Source: Catajapyx aquilonaris
Lineage: Eukaryota
DNA length: 36,977 nt
Direction: 5' to 3'
Assembly (NCBI GenBank): GCA_000934665.2
Contig: KZ538999.1
Span: 1 to 36,977, forward strand
Below are positions 1 to 14,000 of the stretch, one piece after another. The notes under the pieces were generated by a model. It was given only the letters and a program-made list of their open reading frames with translations. It did not search any database and was not told where the DNA came from. Both the position numbers and the translations under genes were made by a program. Positions within the stretch are counted from its first letter, which is position 1. Each line of letters begins with the position of its first letter.

Positions 1-3000
1 CTCACGTTCCTCACTGCTGTGAAGCTGCCGAAATTTTTGGACAAATCCTTCACTACAAAGGTGCTCGTCCCGAGGGCTAATAAAAAGAAATACATGCGAA
101 TGAAATTGCCGTACATGTCAATGGAAAGGTAAGACTTGTTTACATACGTAAGGCTGTGACCCTGCTGTTTTCATGTTGAACGTCTTCATCCAGAGATGCT
201 TGGTCGGTAGTGATTTTTCTGGAGATGACTTTATTCCATGCTCGCTTCAAGAGTCCGCTTTCCAAAAGTAAAATGATCATCAGGTGTATGAATCCATCCA
301 GTATCATGAAAACTACAGCTCTTCCCACTCCATAGCTGCTTTGTCTTATGTGTTGCATGTCTTCGGTGATGTTCATTTTCCAGGTGACGTAATTCATCGG
401 AACATTGCAGGTTCCGTCAGGTTTGCATACATCTAAGGCAAATAAAGACGGATAAGGATGATTTTTTCTTCAAAACTAACTACTTTCTTACCGCAACACG
501 CCAGCATATCATAATCACGAGTGTTGTTGTACATTTGTGGATTGGAACACACCATTTTAATGGCCTCTTTTGCCACATAGCTGCATTTGTTAGTTGAAGT
601 GGCGGCTAATGAGAATAGCAGTAATCCATAACATGCTGGAAACGCGGGGAACAATTGGAATATCCACTCAAGAATAAGTACAGTATTTTCTTCCTCTTCG
701 TCGCCTAATTGATGTAATATCCACAGTGTCACAGCACCAGCTATGCCTGAAAACAGAAAGGACATTGCTGAAAAATCATGTCACATATTTTATACATATA
801 TGCCTCTTGACCATAATTGAATACCGTATACTCCATATATGTAAAGTGTTCCTATTTACTGTACACTCACATGTAAAAGAAGAGACGTATAATCCAATAA
901 TTTCTTACCAATCAGTATGTGCATGAATGTTGCGAAGGCATATCCCCCACCAACAGTTTTGGCTCGAAAGCTCACTAAATAAGAAGCTGTAATTCCACCC
1001 CATCCAAACGCAAAGAGCAGTAAGAAGACAGCTCCTGTAATGAAAAGTGGTCAATTGAGATCTTACTGTAGAAGGACCAAATGTGACATATCATCTGATT
1101 GCTCTAAGATTGTGTCATTCAGCAGTATCTATCTGCCAGATTCGTTGTTCTATTAACTTACAAAGTAAATAATTGTAACACACCTAGTCCATTTCCTGAA
1201 GTGTATATTCCACGGTCGTCCACGGCTACGAAGCAAATCATTATGAGGCACACTATGACGAGATATATCAGCATATCCCAGAGTAGAAATGTCAACCAGT
1301 AGAGACATGGCGAGACTCCAGTCATTAACTGGAGCTGCTTGGATTGAGAGACATTTTCGTGGATTGGAAATGTAACGAAAGCTGCAACCAGAACTGCGAG
1401 GCCAATAAACAAGAAAATAGCGAACATAAGGCTGTAGGCAACAAGCATTACCGGTCCTGCAGAAACCTCGAAATGAAGCTGCGTGGAAAAAGAACCAACG
1501 TCACACAATCTGATTATTAACAGTAAAATATGATGAGGTTCATGCGGACTCACCCTAGAATTAAGTGGGAATGGATCGTTGATAGTTGTAATTAAATAGT
1601 CTGGACCTGCCATTGCCTTCAAGACCGCATTGTCAATTAAATTGATGGATATTCCAAGCCCGTGTATTGCAGATATTCCGTACATGGCAGTGACAGACGC
1701 GGGTTCATCTTCAGGATTATTAAAATCTGCGGCCACGATGTACTTCTCCTGGAATGTTTCGATTCCTTTACTTGCAACTTCGAGGAATTCAGATGTCATA
1801 TTTTGGCCCGTCTTATTCTCTCCTAATCCTCCGAGCATTTCCTCATAAAAGGAGGAATATCCAGCTTGGTCATTTTCCGAGGTGAAAAACACTGGTCCTC
1901 TGTCTTTGTAAGCGTCCAGGGTTAATGTCAATGGAGGCATCTTGTTTGGCATGATAGCCGTTGATGGTTTCGCGCTCGAGTATAAGCATATCAGGGTTAG
2001 CAGAATTGGTATGATTGCCTGAAATTGGAGACTGTTAAAAAATCTAAGATTTATCCAGAAAAATAATTTCAATTCTTACTTGAAACACTAACGATTTCCA
2101 TTTTCTCAATGAGTGCAGCCTGAGTTTTCGAAAAAGAGCAAGAGTCTGTTGAAGCAGTAGGGTGGAAGTGGGAGTTTTCGTTTGACTAGTCATGCCTAGA
2201 AAAAAACAATTAAAAAATAATTGTTAATTTCACCAACTTCGGTGTACTGGGCGTAATTATAAATAAACATTTGGCATCATTTATGATATTTGGTAATTGT
2301 GGGTGATATCTTATAACGGTTCTGTTTTAACAATATTCATTTTTACGCTTAATAAATCACAAGTTTACCAAACTAAATGTCATGTTGCCCCACAGGCTAT
2401 ATCACAACAGGTAAGGAAAGACTGATTGAATCGAGTCACTTACATGTTGAGTAATTTTTCTTCAATTCTGTTGCCAGTAGAGTTGAAGAAGAAACATATG
2501 ATGTCAAACTACTGTCGTGTTTGCCTCTATCGGCGATTTCTCCAACTCTGTCACATGGATAACAAATCAAATTACAAGTGTTCAAAAATAATTGTTGTAA
2601 ATATTTCATCACTTTCTCTCCAACCATCTACTTCGTACTTACATTACTTTGATTGACATCACTTACTTCAAGAACACTTCGTCCATGGTGGTAAGCGACA
2701 CTCCAAATGAGTCAATGCCCAAGACATTTTTATTGGCGTCAAGTGCTTCAAACAAGGACGGAAAGTCTGCGGTTTTGTCAGTCGGAAGCAGGTAGGACAC
2801 CTCTGATCCCATGACTGATTTCAAGTGAGAGTCAGAAATATTCTTCTGAACAGTTGCTGTCACTTTGTTAATGTCACACTCCGGATGTACAGTCATCTTC
2901 AGTGAATACCCTGTGCCTGTATAACAAAATTGTATTTAAAATAATTCTATGCTTTCTACAGCACGTCACTTTTCGACACTACTATACCTTACCATAATGC

Positions 3001-6000
3001 TTCTTGAGAAACAGTGAGCTTCCGTAACACTGGACCTTTCCATGAGCCATTATGGCGATTCTGTCTCCCAAAACGTCGGCCTCTTCCATGAAGTGCGTGG
3101 TTATGATGATAGTTTTATGGCCTCTCAAACCCTGTCAAAATAGAGACAGAAATTTTGTGACATCTCTATCTCAGGACAGAAGCCCAATAATGTGACCTTA
3201 CCAGAAGCAAGTCCCAAACACCTCTTCTAGCTTCCGGATCCATTCCAGATGTTGGCTCATCAAGCATCACCACCTGTTTAATATTTTAAAAATAAATTCT
3301 ATGACGTCTGTAAAGAAATGAAAAATATACCACCTTGGAGCCTCCTATCAAAGCTATGGCCAGACACAGCTTTCTTTTCTGTCCTCCAGACAAAGAGGAC
3401 GAAAGTTTATTACTCTTGTCAGCTATTCCCAACTTCTCCATCAATTCCTTTCCTTCTTTCATGACTTCCGATCTGTTCAAACCCTTTAGCTGCACAGAAA
3501 ACCAAAAGTTACAGAGGAAAATATTTATAGTGTCAAAACACTTCACAAGAGCACACACTTATAAAACACCTATCATACCATTCCAAACACTTGCATGTGG
3601 TTCATGACCGTCAGTTCATCAAAGAGCATGTTGTGCTGAGGACACAGGCTCAAATCTTTTTGCACTTTTTGCATGTTTTTACGAATGTCATAACCATTTA
3701 TCACAGCTGTTCCTCTAGTTGGAGAGAACAATCCTGAAACAATAACATATAGGCGTTACTTCGTTACAGAATGTGCTGCAGGCCTGTTCATACCTGTGAG
3801 TATGGACATGAGCGTGGTCTTCCCAGCTCCGTTGTGTCCCAACAAGGCTGTAATCTGACCCTCGTAAATGTTGAGACTCACTCCGTCCACTGCCGTCTTG
3901 GACTGTCCGGTCAGAGGAGTGAACACCTTGTGGATGTCCCGAATGGATATTCCCACTGGCAAGTCGGACGGCTCCCTTTCAAAACTAGTCTCCTCAATCT
4001 GGCTCTCGGAAGAAGATGCCTCGGATGACATTCCTTTGGACATTTTTTGTCTCTTAGGACACCAGTATGAAGGCTGGGGAGAGGGAGCCAGAGTCATTCT
4101 CATGTCTGTACACATGAACGTGTGCTGGTATTGGTGTGAACGTACCATGAAGACAAAGTACCATGGCTGCGCAACACCGTAATTACCAGGCATGATGCAG
4201 GAAACATACCATGTTATGAAAAGGTACAACACAATGTCTACCAAAAGCATGATGAACACATATAACAAGCTGAGGCCATCCACGCTGGATCCTGGTATGT
4301 GAATGTTGGTCCAGCCCAGAGGAAGACCTGAAATATTTCACATTAGGACATGGCTAGCTAACTCTAAGAAGTAAACACAGTGCTGTACGAGTTATAAACC
4401 TAACCTTTCTCTACATATATTGACATTGCTTTCATTCCGAGTGCAAGAGCGCCATTAGGGAGAAGACACAATCCCAGTTTGTCAGATAACGACATGTCTT
4501 TGTACGACGTCTGGATATAAATCCATGGGAAGAAAAATGTCACCAACCACAAGATGAATCCAAGTGCAGTGGCAGGGTTTGCTGTGGATTTATTATCGTG
4601 ATTGGTAATCGACACTCCAGTCATTTGAGAATGAAACTTACGTTTTTTCATTAGAGCACTAATTACAAAACAAAATGTCACCGAAGCCATTGCATACAGC
4701 ATGAGGAAAACCCAAAACATGGACGAATCCGTCTGCTTAATTACTCCACCAGAATTCTCTCCAGTGTAGTCAATTGACAAGAGGATGACCGTTATTGTTA
4801 TGGAAATGGTCAAAACCATCATCGCGTTAATCATCCAGGTAAACCAGCTCATAAATTCGGACATTCCCATCATTTTCATTAATTCCTGTTGGGAATAGCA
4901 TATCTCGTTAATCAGTATAGGCTACATAAAACTGCGTGGTGCTGAACCATGCGACGGCATCTTTACCTTAATTCCAGTTTCCTTTTCATTAACAACTCCT
5001 TTGATTACAGTTCCACATAGAAACATAAAGCCCAAACACAACAACAAAGGTAAAGCACCCTGCATTATGAATCCCGCTACAAAAACTCTGTCGTCTGGCG
5101 GAGAAGGCATTTTCTGTGCATTAATCTGCGAATGTGTAAAATAGAGATATTAGACTATATCCAGTATGCAAATATAATGTTGTTCTGTGCAAAACTATAC
5201 TTTTGGCAGGGTTTGTTGGCTGCAGTCGTCGGAGCACAAAATTTCAGTAATTCCTTTGTCGACCGCTATCTGAATTGCAGAAAACTTCTCAGTAATGTAT
5301 GCAGATTCTGTAATACATGTAAGTAGTCAGCATATACCGTACTGATTTGTGGTCAGTTTAGACCTTGGTGGTAAATTATTTCATGTCAACTTACCTCTCC
5401 TTCCAAATGAAAAATATAACTCGTCTGTCATTATCGCATAGGGAGACAACATGATCCTGTACGTCACTTCCTTTGGCTTTTCGTCTTCCAGGAAAGGTCC
5501 ATCAAACAAGATTCCTATTAGATTGTCGTAAGACCTGTAATCTCTTGATCCTGTGACGTTTGCGTACATACGCATTATATCCTCGTGCGTGCTCATATCA
5601 ATGAAACCTGGAATTTCAGTGTCATCAATCATCATTTAACCACTTTTGAATCACAAAATACGTATTCTCATACCATGCAGGTAGACCAAACAGGAAACTC
5701 AGGAAATGTTTAAAAAATGACAGGTTTTTCATTCAATTGTAAAAGCAATATGAAATTAAAATTTAGATTGAAAATTAATATTATAATATTACATTCAATC
5801 TGCTATTTTTAGAGTTTAGTTTAAATAAGACGGAGATTATGACTGTTCTAGAAAACAGACTGTTTTGAGGGCATATTACAACCTTCACTAATAACAATAA
5901 TCAACTTCTTAAAACGCCAATGTTTTGTCTTATTTCATCACTTCTCTAGGCGATCCATGCTTTTGGGGCTGGCATAACATTAATTGCGCGTTTGCAGTAA

Positions 6001-6470
6001 AACGTAGCTGAAATAAATATAATGAAATCACTCTTTACCAATGTTACCACTGTAGTTTTCTGCCAATTTCTCCACTGACTGCATCACATCCATAGTGAAT
6101 ATGTTTGTTGGAGCATAAGCTATGCTGTATGGCTGGGACCTGAAATACAAGGTTGTGACAGTGCAATCCATTCTAAAATACTGGGCTATACATTTGTTGT
6201 AAAATGCAATTAGGCTGGATTGATTCAGTACAGGTACAGTACGTACTTGTTTGAAAACGCATAGTTCATAATATATCCTTCTTCGCTTAACTTGGGAATG
6301 CTTGTACGTTGGTGATGGGCACCAAATGATCCGCTGAATGGCTTCATGGTCAACGACAGAAGTGGAGGAAGCAAGAGTTCGAATGCTGTTATAATGAAAT
6401 GTCTTCTTCGCAAGATCAGGTTCTTCCACATCAGAAGAAGAAATTGTCGTAGCCACATCATCATGTCCAC
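1..6470 (-). CDS. ABCA3: ABC transporter subfamily A (ABCA3-like), paralog 1; 3'-partial, continues beyond the left edge
   Basis: N-terminus [23 protein letters not shown] is typical of ABCA. Also [18 protein letters not shown]1 Walker [11 protein letters not shown]-loop LCPQHNMLF, signature LSGGQKRKL, Walker [15 protein letters not shown]-loop TTHFMEEAD, and TMD2 KQLQLMTGV. Exons traced with GT-AG boundaries and a continuous frame: 6247-6470, 6039-6139, 5395-5607, 5201-5307, 4967-5125, 4642-4885, 4405-4581, 4146-4327, 3794-4073, 3579-3733, 3334-3489, 3202-3273, 2993-3131, 2667-2916, 2444-2547, 2080-2195, 1554-2018, 1184-1478, 909-1034, 492-746, 148-432, 1-76 (start of NBD2). The exact start Met (MDMMMW) is ambiguous. 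The symbol means 'ABCA3-like', not proven orthology. Confidence 0.93.
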
Positions 6471-7935
6471 TCATTCAATATACAGCAGCCTGACACGCAA
6501 ATCTCTGCTGCAAAAAAGACAAGTATCCAGAAACACAGCAACGGTTATTATGCACAGTTGACGAATCTACTAAACAGTAACCTTTGGATTGTTGGAGTAC
6601 AGTGGAACTTACACACTTCAAACATCTGATGTTGCCTTCTTCCCAGGAGGTCATCATTAAAATCATGAGTATTCCTTAGTCTTATTGGTAGCATAGCCCC
6701 ATCATAAAGCATTATCGACGTATAGTATAACCTAGTTTTGCTTTTTTAAACGTGTGGTAGGTCTGGACGTCTGGTTATATCTTGGCACAATTCCCAGCAA
6801 GCCAGACGCAATGGACTACTGCACCACAGACTATTGAGCCATCATTATTACCTACAGCTATTATCATGTGCACTTCTTTCCTTAGATGCCTCGTAAATTC
6901 TGCAAATTATCGCACTCACGGTGCAAAAAATTCCCACGTCATGTATTGTAATTCTGACCATTTACAACCATTACAAAATGTCACCAAAATGTTTCCATGT
7001 CAGTGAAATTGATTTTCATTCATGCTCCCTAAATGACTATCACCTGTTGTGTCTACTTGCAGAGAATTTGCCTCACATCCGTCAAACCAAAATGGTGTGT
7101 GAATTTGTATTTAAATTCATATACTGTGAGTAGAATGGTAATGAATGATTCCATCTGGTATTTTATAGATGCGGTTTACCACACAAACCTTCAACAACAC
7201 CAAAACCTGTGAAATATCCATCCTCATACAAATCAGTGAAAATATATTAACCTCAATCAACTATTTAATTAGATCATACTCTAAAAAGAATCAAGACTAT
7301 CGGATGCTTTCCTTTCGGCGACGTTCAGTCTGTTGACCGTCAGTGATATCGATCGAGAGTAAGACTTGAATCACAGAGAAAACGCTAACCTTGGCACTTG
7401 TTACGCAAGGGGTGGGATAATATTACGATATCGCCATCGGCCTACTACTATGTTTACGCTACTTGCACACACAATTATTGTTCATTCATTATTAAGTCTC
7501 GGGAGAGCAATTATCCGAATTCAAATATCTGCGAACGAACGTGACTTGCACGTAATAATTTTATGATCGCCCGCAGTATTAAATTGTTATCTAACAAAAA
7601 TGTATAACAGCACACGATGCAATACCACAGACTATTAGGCGTCTGAATATCGACATTCTTTTTCATGCCACTTTCTACAATGGAACATTGATTAGAATGC
7701 GACTCATTACATGCAACAATCACAACAACGAACCTTGGGTTTTTTTCTGTGCAATCGAAGCGCACAGAGTGAGCTGACAGGATGATACACACTTTGCTTC
7801 ACATTTTTGAATGTTGAGTGTCCCTCCACTGGCCCCTGTGGAATTTGTCTGAAGAGATTGCGCACATTCACAGAGAACGACAAAACAGACCATGCGCATG
7901 AGTTCATAAGGCAGGGTGTTTTTAATATACACTTT

Positions 7936-7941
7936 TTTATT
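7936..7941 (-). promoter_or_regulatory. Candidate polyadenylation signal (AATAAA) of ABCA paralog 2
   Basis: tttatt on the plus strand, ~85 nt downstream of the stop codon at 8025. Confidence 0.45.
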
Positions 7942-8024
7942 ATTAAAATAAAGCGCACTGTACAAATATATTATACTAGAATCACAATTCTGGATTTTTA
8001 ATAAATTAATAATTCGCTTTGCTT

Positions 8025-11000
8025 TTATACAATTTTGACTTTAGTTAACGACGATGAACAGCAATGTTTGAAGGCACTAAACAGACCCGTAGTTGGGTTC
8101 TCCTCTTCTTGTTTCTTGGCAAAGAATAGAAATACTTGCTCCAAAGTTGTTTCGCTGATTGAATAGTCTTCTAACAAATCCACTTCCTTTTTAATGGCTT
8201 CCATTGTTTGAAAGAGGTAGGGCCACGACATCTCCGAATTTGTCACCTGGTATTGCAACACTCCCTAGAAATGACAATAAATTTATTTTTGACGGGTCAT
8301 AAGCACATGAAAATATGCAATTATACAGCCACACCATGCAGGTAATAATTTGTGCAATAAAATTATTTCCTGTATCAATTTACACCATGAACACAGAAGA
8401 GATATGATAAATATTTATAAGTTACCTGATGCTCGTCTTGAAGATCACAAGGATCAAACGCACTTTCCATCATACGCTTGAGTGAAGAGATGCTTTTTCC
8501 GACTGTGGTCGTTTCACCTTGCTTCATTTTCAACATGACTGTGTATCCTTGGCCGAATTTTGACTTGAGATGCTGAGGCCCTCCTAAGCACTTGAACTGA
8601 CCGTTGACCATTATCGCCACACGTGAACAAAGTGCTTCACATTCTTCCATGCTAAATTCAAAAGAAGTGATTTTTTTCAGTCACCACTTGTCTATATGAC
8701 ACTGACAAACGTATTGTGGAGACTTTTCAACGAGTCCAAATTATTTGCAATGTTCGAGTTATGGAGCACTTTGATTAAGTGATGTTCGAGGTGTATAAGT
8801 TCCACTGACGTTGCAGGACACCGTTTAAATACATGTCTTCTACAAATATCATGACAGATTTTTGGATTCGCGCCAAGCACTGGTTTATTTACTAGTAAAA
8901 ATAGACAACGGAAATTTGAAGTGGTATTGAAAATCGACAGTTTTTGAAACGTCAATTTGTTCACTTCCATATTCCTATGTCTATTTTTAATTTATATCAA
9001 TCGACAATATTGAAAACATTGGACACTGACCTGTGCGAAGTGAGGACAATAGCTTGACCAGTGGTCCTGATCTGCCCCAACACTTGCCACAAGTTCCTTC
9101 TGGCCACCGGATCTACCCCACTGGTGGGTTCGTCCAAAAATATAACTGGAGGATCGCCAATGAGGGCCATGGCTGTGCTCAGCTTCCGTTTGTTGCCACC
9201 AGAATAAGTTCCGCATGCTCGTCTGATGTGATCCTCTAACCCCAATCGCCTGACCCACTTGTGAACCTCAGCCTTGGTGTCATACCTCTGAATTCCTCTA
9301 AGTCTTGCAAACATCTCCAGCATTTCTTGGCCCGTGAGGACTCCTACGATTCCGTCAAATTGTGGGCAATAACCGATGCTGGCCAAGTACTAAAATGTGA
9401 GGAAAATCATATTAAACATACGTTTAAATAAGTAATAGTGTTTTTTTGTTACCATTCTTCTGTTCTGAGTCACTTTGTTCCCGAAGATATAAGCGGTGCC
9501 AGTTGAGGGAACTTCATCACCTGTCAGCATCCTAAATGTGGTTGTTTTTCCTGCCCCGTTTACACCAAGGAGTCCAAAACACTCGCTTTCAATTGCACCG
9601 AAACTGATGCCTCTCACTGCCGGAAAGCTACCAAACATTTTGGACAGCTTGTCCACCACAAGAGTTTTGGCGTCCAAAGCTGTTGGAGAGCAGACTGTTG
9701 CTGTGGTTGGTTGTATTCACCTTATTTAAAAAATTGCGAACTTACACAACGTGTCCTGATGGGTGACTCGTTCCTGCTCCTTCAAGACGTCTTCGTCCAG
9801 GTCGATGTCGTGTGGAGTTATTCTCCTGCGATTTATTTTGCTCCAGATCTTCGCAAATATTCCCATCTCGATTAGCATAATGAGTTCGAAATATATGAAG
9901 CCGTCCAGAATCAGGAAAAATATTGCCTGTCCGACACCAAAGTCGCTTTGGGTTGCTTCAAGTGGTTGGGTCTCTACCTTCCACGTTAAGTAATCAGCAG
10001 GTTTGATGCAGTTGTCTTTTACTTTGCAGAAATCCTCTGCACAGAAAAGGTGTGCATTAAGTTTTGATATATGTAATTTCCAGAAAATTATTACACCTTA
10101 CCGCAACATGCGGTGATTTTGTCGTCAAAATAGAGTGGTGCTCTGCAAATGAGTTGCAATGCCTTTGCGCTGATGAAATTGCATCGGTTGTTGTTGGAGG
10201 CCAAGAAAGAAAACTGCAACAATCCAAAGCAAAGTGGAAATGAAGGGAAGAACTGGAATATGGATTCCACTATGTGCCCAACTCTGATCAAGTCCTTCAC
10301 TTCCGAGAGCTGGAGTGACCACACAATAATTGATCCAATCAGACCTTTAAAAAAATAATGGGTAATACAATAACATAAAGTGACATATGATAAAATTACT
10401 TTCTCCTGATAGATACCTGTAACAATGTGTACCAATGCAAGAAAAGCAAATGCCCCTGGTACTGTACTTGAACCGAAGCTCATCAAGTAAGAGAAAGTAA
10501 TTCCAGCCCATCCAAATGATGCAGCGATTAAGAAGATAACACCTGTAATTAAACGTCAATTAGTAACTTTGTTTTATTTGCATCATTGCATAATATTTGG
10601 ATACTCGCCTATTCCGTGATTGACAGTGTATATGTGGTGGCTGTCCATTGCAGAGATAACAATAATCATGATAATAATCGTGATAAAGTACAGCAACAGA
10701 TCCCAAGAGAGCGAAGCCAACCAGTACAATCGAGGGTGAATGCCAGTCATCAACTGCAACTGCTTCGCTTGGCATATTCTCTCCTGGACTGGCAGCACCA
10801 CAAAACTGGCAGCCAACATGGACAGTCCAATAAACAAAAATATTGCAAACATGAGGCTGCCGTTCACATAAACCACGCTGCTTGCATTCATCTGGGCTTT
10901 AAACTGCAATGAAAACAAATCATAAGCACTCCAATGTGAACTACGTTAAAAATAAGTTTGAATGTACTGAGAATTGACAAATGTTATTACAATTTCGATA

Positions 11001-14000
11001 AAAATGTGTGACTCATATGCTTTCTGTGGAATTAATTACCTTTTCAGTGTCCTTTAGTGGATGATTGATAGTAGTTATTGAGTAATCAGGTCCTGCAAGT
11101 GCGTGCAAGACACTGTTGTCCGCTAAGTTGATTGATATTCCCGCACTGTGCAAAGCAACTGTTGAGTACAGAGCAGTAATGACCACGCGACCTTCGTCAG
11201 ACACGTTGAACGTCGCAGCGACCACGTTATGCTCTCTGTACAAAGCCAGGTCTTTTGCACCGAGGGCCAGGAGGTATTTGGTGATGTCCTTGTCACGCTG
11301 AACCTTAGTCCAACTGTAGTCTGACACTAATTTGATGTACTGGTCGGCATAACGTTGCGCATCGTTTTCTTCCCATTGGACCAAAGTGTTTGTCGTTCGG
11401 TATTCGCCAAGACTCAACAATCTTGCAGGGTCGTTAGGGACATTATCCGGAGTTTGTTTGCGGCTTAGATACAGGCATAAAAATGCCAGCAGTATGGGAA
11501 ACATGGCCTGGGGAAAAAAAACGTAATTTTATTTGCAATCCTAAGTTCGGAAGACGAGACGACAGCATAATAAATATTGATTCTAATGTTCCTGATAAAC
11601 TAATAAATATGTCATTTACTCTATGGAATGGTTTATCAATGATTATTACTTGGAAAAGTATTAGAATCCGGCTTCTCCGTGAGTGCAAGACGCACTTTTT
11701 GAAAATTGCAGACGTTTGCTGGATCATTAGGCGATATCCGCCTGCTCTGTCCTTTGTTGTGAAGGCTGAAAGAGCAAATGGCACAAAAATTTTATTGTAA
11801 CTGGAGCTAAATAATTCAGAATGTTTCAAAGGATGCGTAACTGACCCATAATTTGTTCAGGTTCAGCAGGTGTCACAGGAATTTCGGTTTCTTCTTGAGA
11901 ACCGTACTTTTCTTTGTCTGCAATTTCTCCAACTCTGTAGAAAGCAATTGAAAATGTTCAGTAACTTGCATATTCCGTTCAGAGCTCATATTTCACATAT
12001 ATTAATTCATATATGTCAAAATTCATGACCCAAGCGCACCTCATAAACACTTCTTCCATTGTTGTTAACGAGACACCAAATGCTGCAATTCCTAGTTCAC
12101 TTTTGGCTTCGTCTAGAGCCTTGAATAAATTGGGGAACTCTGAAGTTAAATCGGCTGGCAGCAAGTAAGACACTTCAGTTCTAAGTCGCTTTTTTGGCCA
12201 AGCGTTGGTGATGTGGCTCTGCACAATCTCAGTCACTTTGTTCACATCACACTCGGGCAGTATGGACATTTTTAGATGGTAGCCCGTGCCTGAAAAAATA
12301 ATATTAATTTGAGGTATAAACCTGTCGTGATTCAATTAATTTGGTCGTCTCATACCGTATATTTTTTTGAGAAATATTGTGCTTCCACAGCACTGGACCT
12401 TCCCATGAGCCATGATTGCAATTCGATCGCCCAAAATGTCTGCCTCTTCCATGAAGTGGGTGGTTATGATAATTGTAAGTTTGCCTCTCAAACTCTGAAA
12501 TGTGACATTTAAAAATAATTTGTAAACAACAAACCTAACCTAAAGAGTATATAAGAATTTTGTTTAGTCATGTTGACTTACGAGGAGCAAATCCCACACA
12601 CCACGTCTGGCTTCTGGATCCATACCAGTAGTTGGCTCATCTAACATCACCACCTGTTGCATGGTAGTTGTAAAATCGCAGTTCATTATTACAATATTTG
12701 TACACCTTCCAACATTTTCAAAATAATTGGACTCACCTTTGAATTTCCAATGAGAGCAATTGATAAGGAAAGCTTCCTTTTCTGACCTCCAGACAGCGAA
12801 GACGCGAGAGATTTCGATTTGTTGGACAAGTTCAACTGTTCAAGCAGCTCTTGGCCTTTTTTGCGGGCTTCTGCTTTGCTGATTCCTTTCAGCTGTGTAA
12901 CAAGAATAAATTATTATTTAGTATTGAGGGAAGTACGAACAAGAATATTTGAACAAGAAAGCATGATAATGCAATTTTTCATTCAAAATATTTCGAATCA
13001 GCCTAATTGGTCAAACAATGCAATGAGACAAAACAGCATTTTGAATTTTCATTATTTTGTAATGTCTTCAGGCAAGATTGATTTTAGAAGTCATTTTTTT
13101 TAAATCTTACAAACGCAAGCGGTACGAACCATTCCAAATAATTCCAAGTGCTCTTCAACAGTCAGCATACTAAAGAGCATGTTATGTTGAGGACACAAGC
13201 TGAGGCTTTCTTGCACTTTGTTCATGTTTTTAGTGATGTCATATCCATTTATAAGCGCCGTCCCACTCGTAGGTGAAAATAGCCCTGCATTAAAAATTTA
13301 AATGTGTACGTAGACGTACCGCAATCAATTACACTGCCAATCGCACCTGTCAATATCGACATTAGAGTTGTCTTTCCAGCTCCATTGTGTCCCAAAAGGG
13401 CCGTGATCTGACCCTCGTAAATATTCAAGTTTATTCGGTCTACAGCTATTTTTACTCCTCCACTCAATGCTCTGAACTCTTTATATAGATCCTGTACGGC
13501 GATCCCTAAGGGCAATTCTCGTGGTTCTCTTTCGAAGCTGCTATGACTGCTATCACGTGCAGAGATTGAGCCAGAGCTTTGTTCAGACTTTATTCTTGTC
13601 ATGGTTCTCGGAAACCAATACGACCGCTAAAAGTAAATCTCATTAGAATTACTCGCCAAAATTATAGGCTGACGCAACAATACCTGGAAGATGAAGTACC
13701 ATGGTTTGGCAATCCCGTACTTTCCAGGCATCACTGACGAAATGTACCAAGTGACTGCCAAGTACAAGAATGTGTCTACAATAAGCATGATGTAGATATC
13801 CAACATGCTTATATTGTCAGTGCTGATTCCAGGGTGGTGAATATTCGACCACCTCATATGAAATCCTGCAAATTTTACATTAATGTTTTAATGTTTACAA
13901 GTTAATAATTGTGGGGACGCCAGTATACCTCTGCTTTCGTAGAGTGAGATCACTTTGATTCCAAAAGTCATCGCCATGTTTGGCAGAAAACATGCCAGAA

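Noticed and set aside
5948..6007. Apparent acceptor tttcag at 6008 suggesting an extra ABCA exon
   Set aside because: The intron would be only 31-40 nt and the frame reaches TAG. Splicing 6039 to 5607 already keeps the frame and parallels paralog 2.
8025..8070. C-terminal CC..TKVKIV of ABCA paralog 2 as a PDZ-binding or prenylation motif
   Set aside because: Lys at position -2 does not fit class I or II PDZ ligands, and the Cys pair is too far from the end for a CAAX box.
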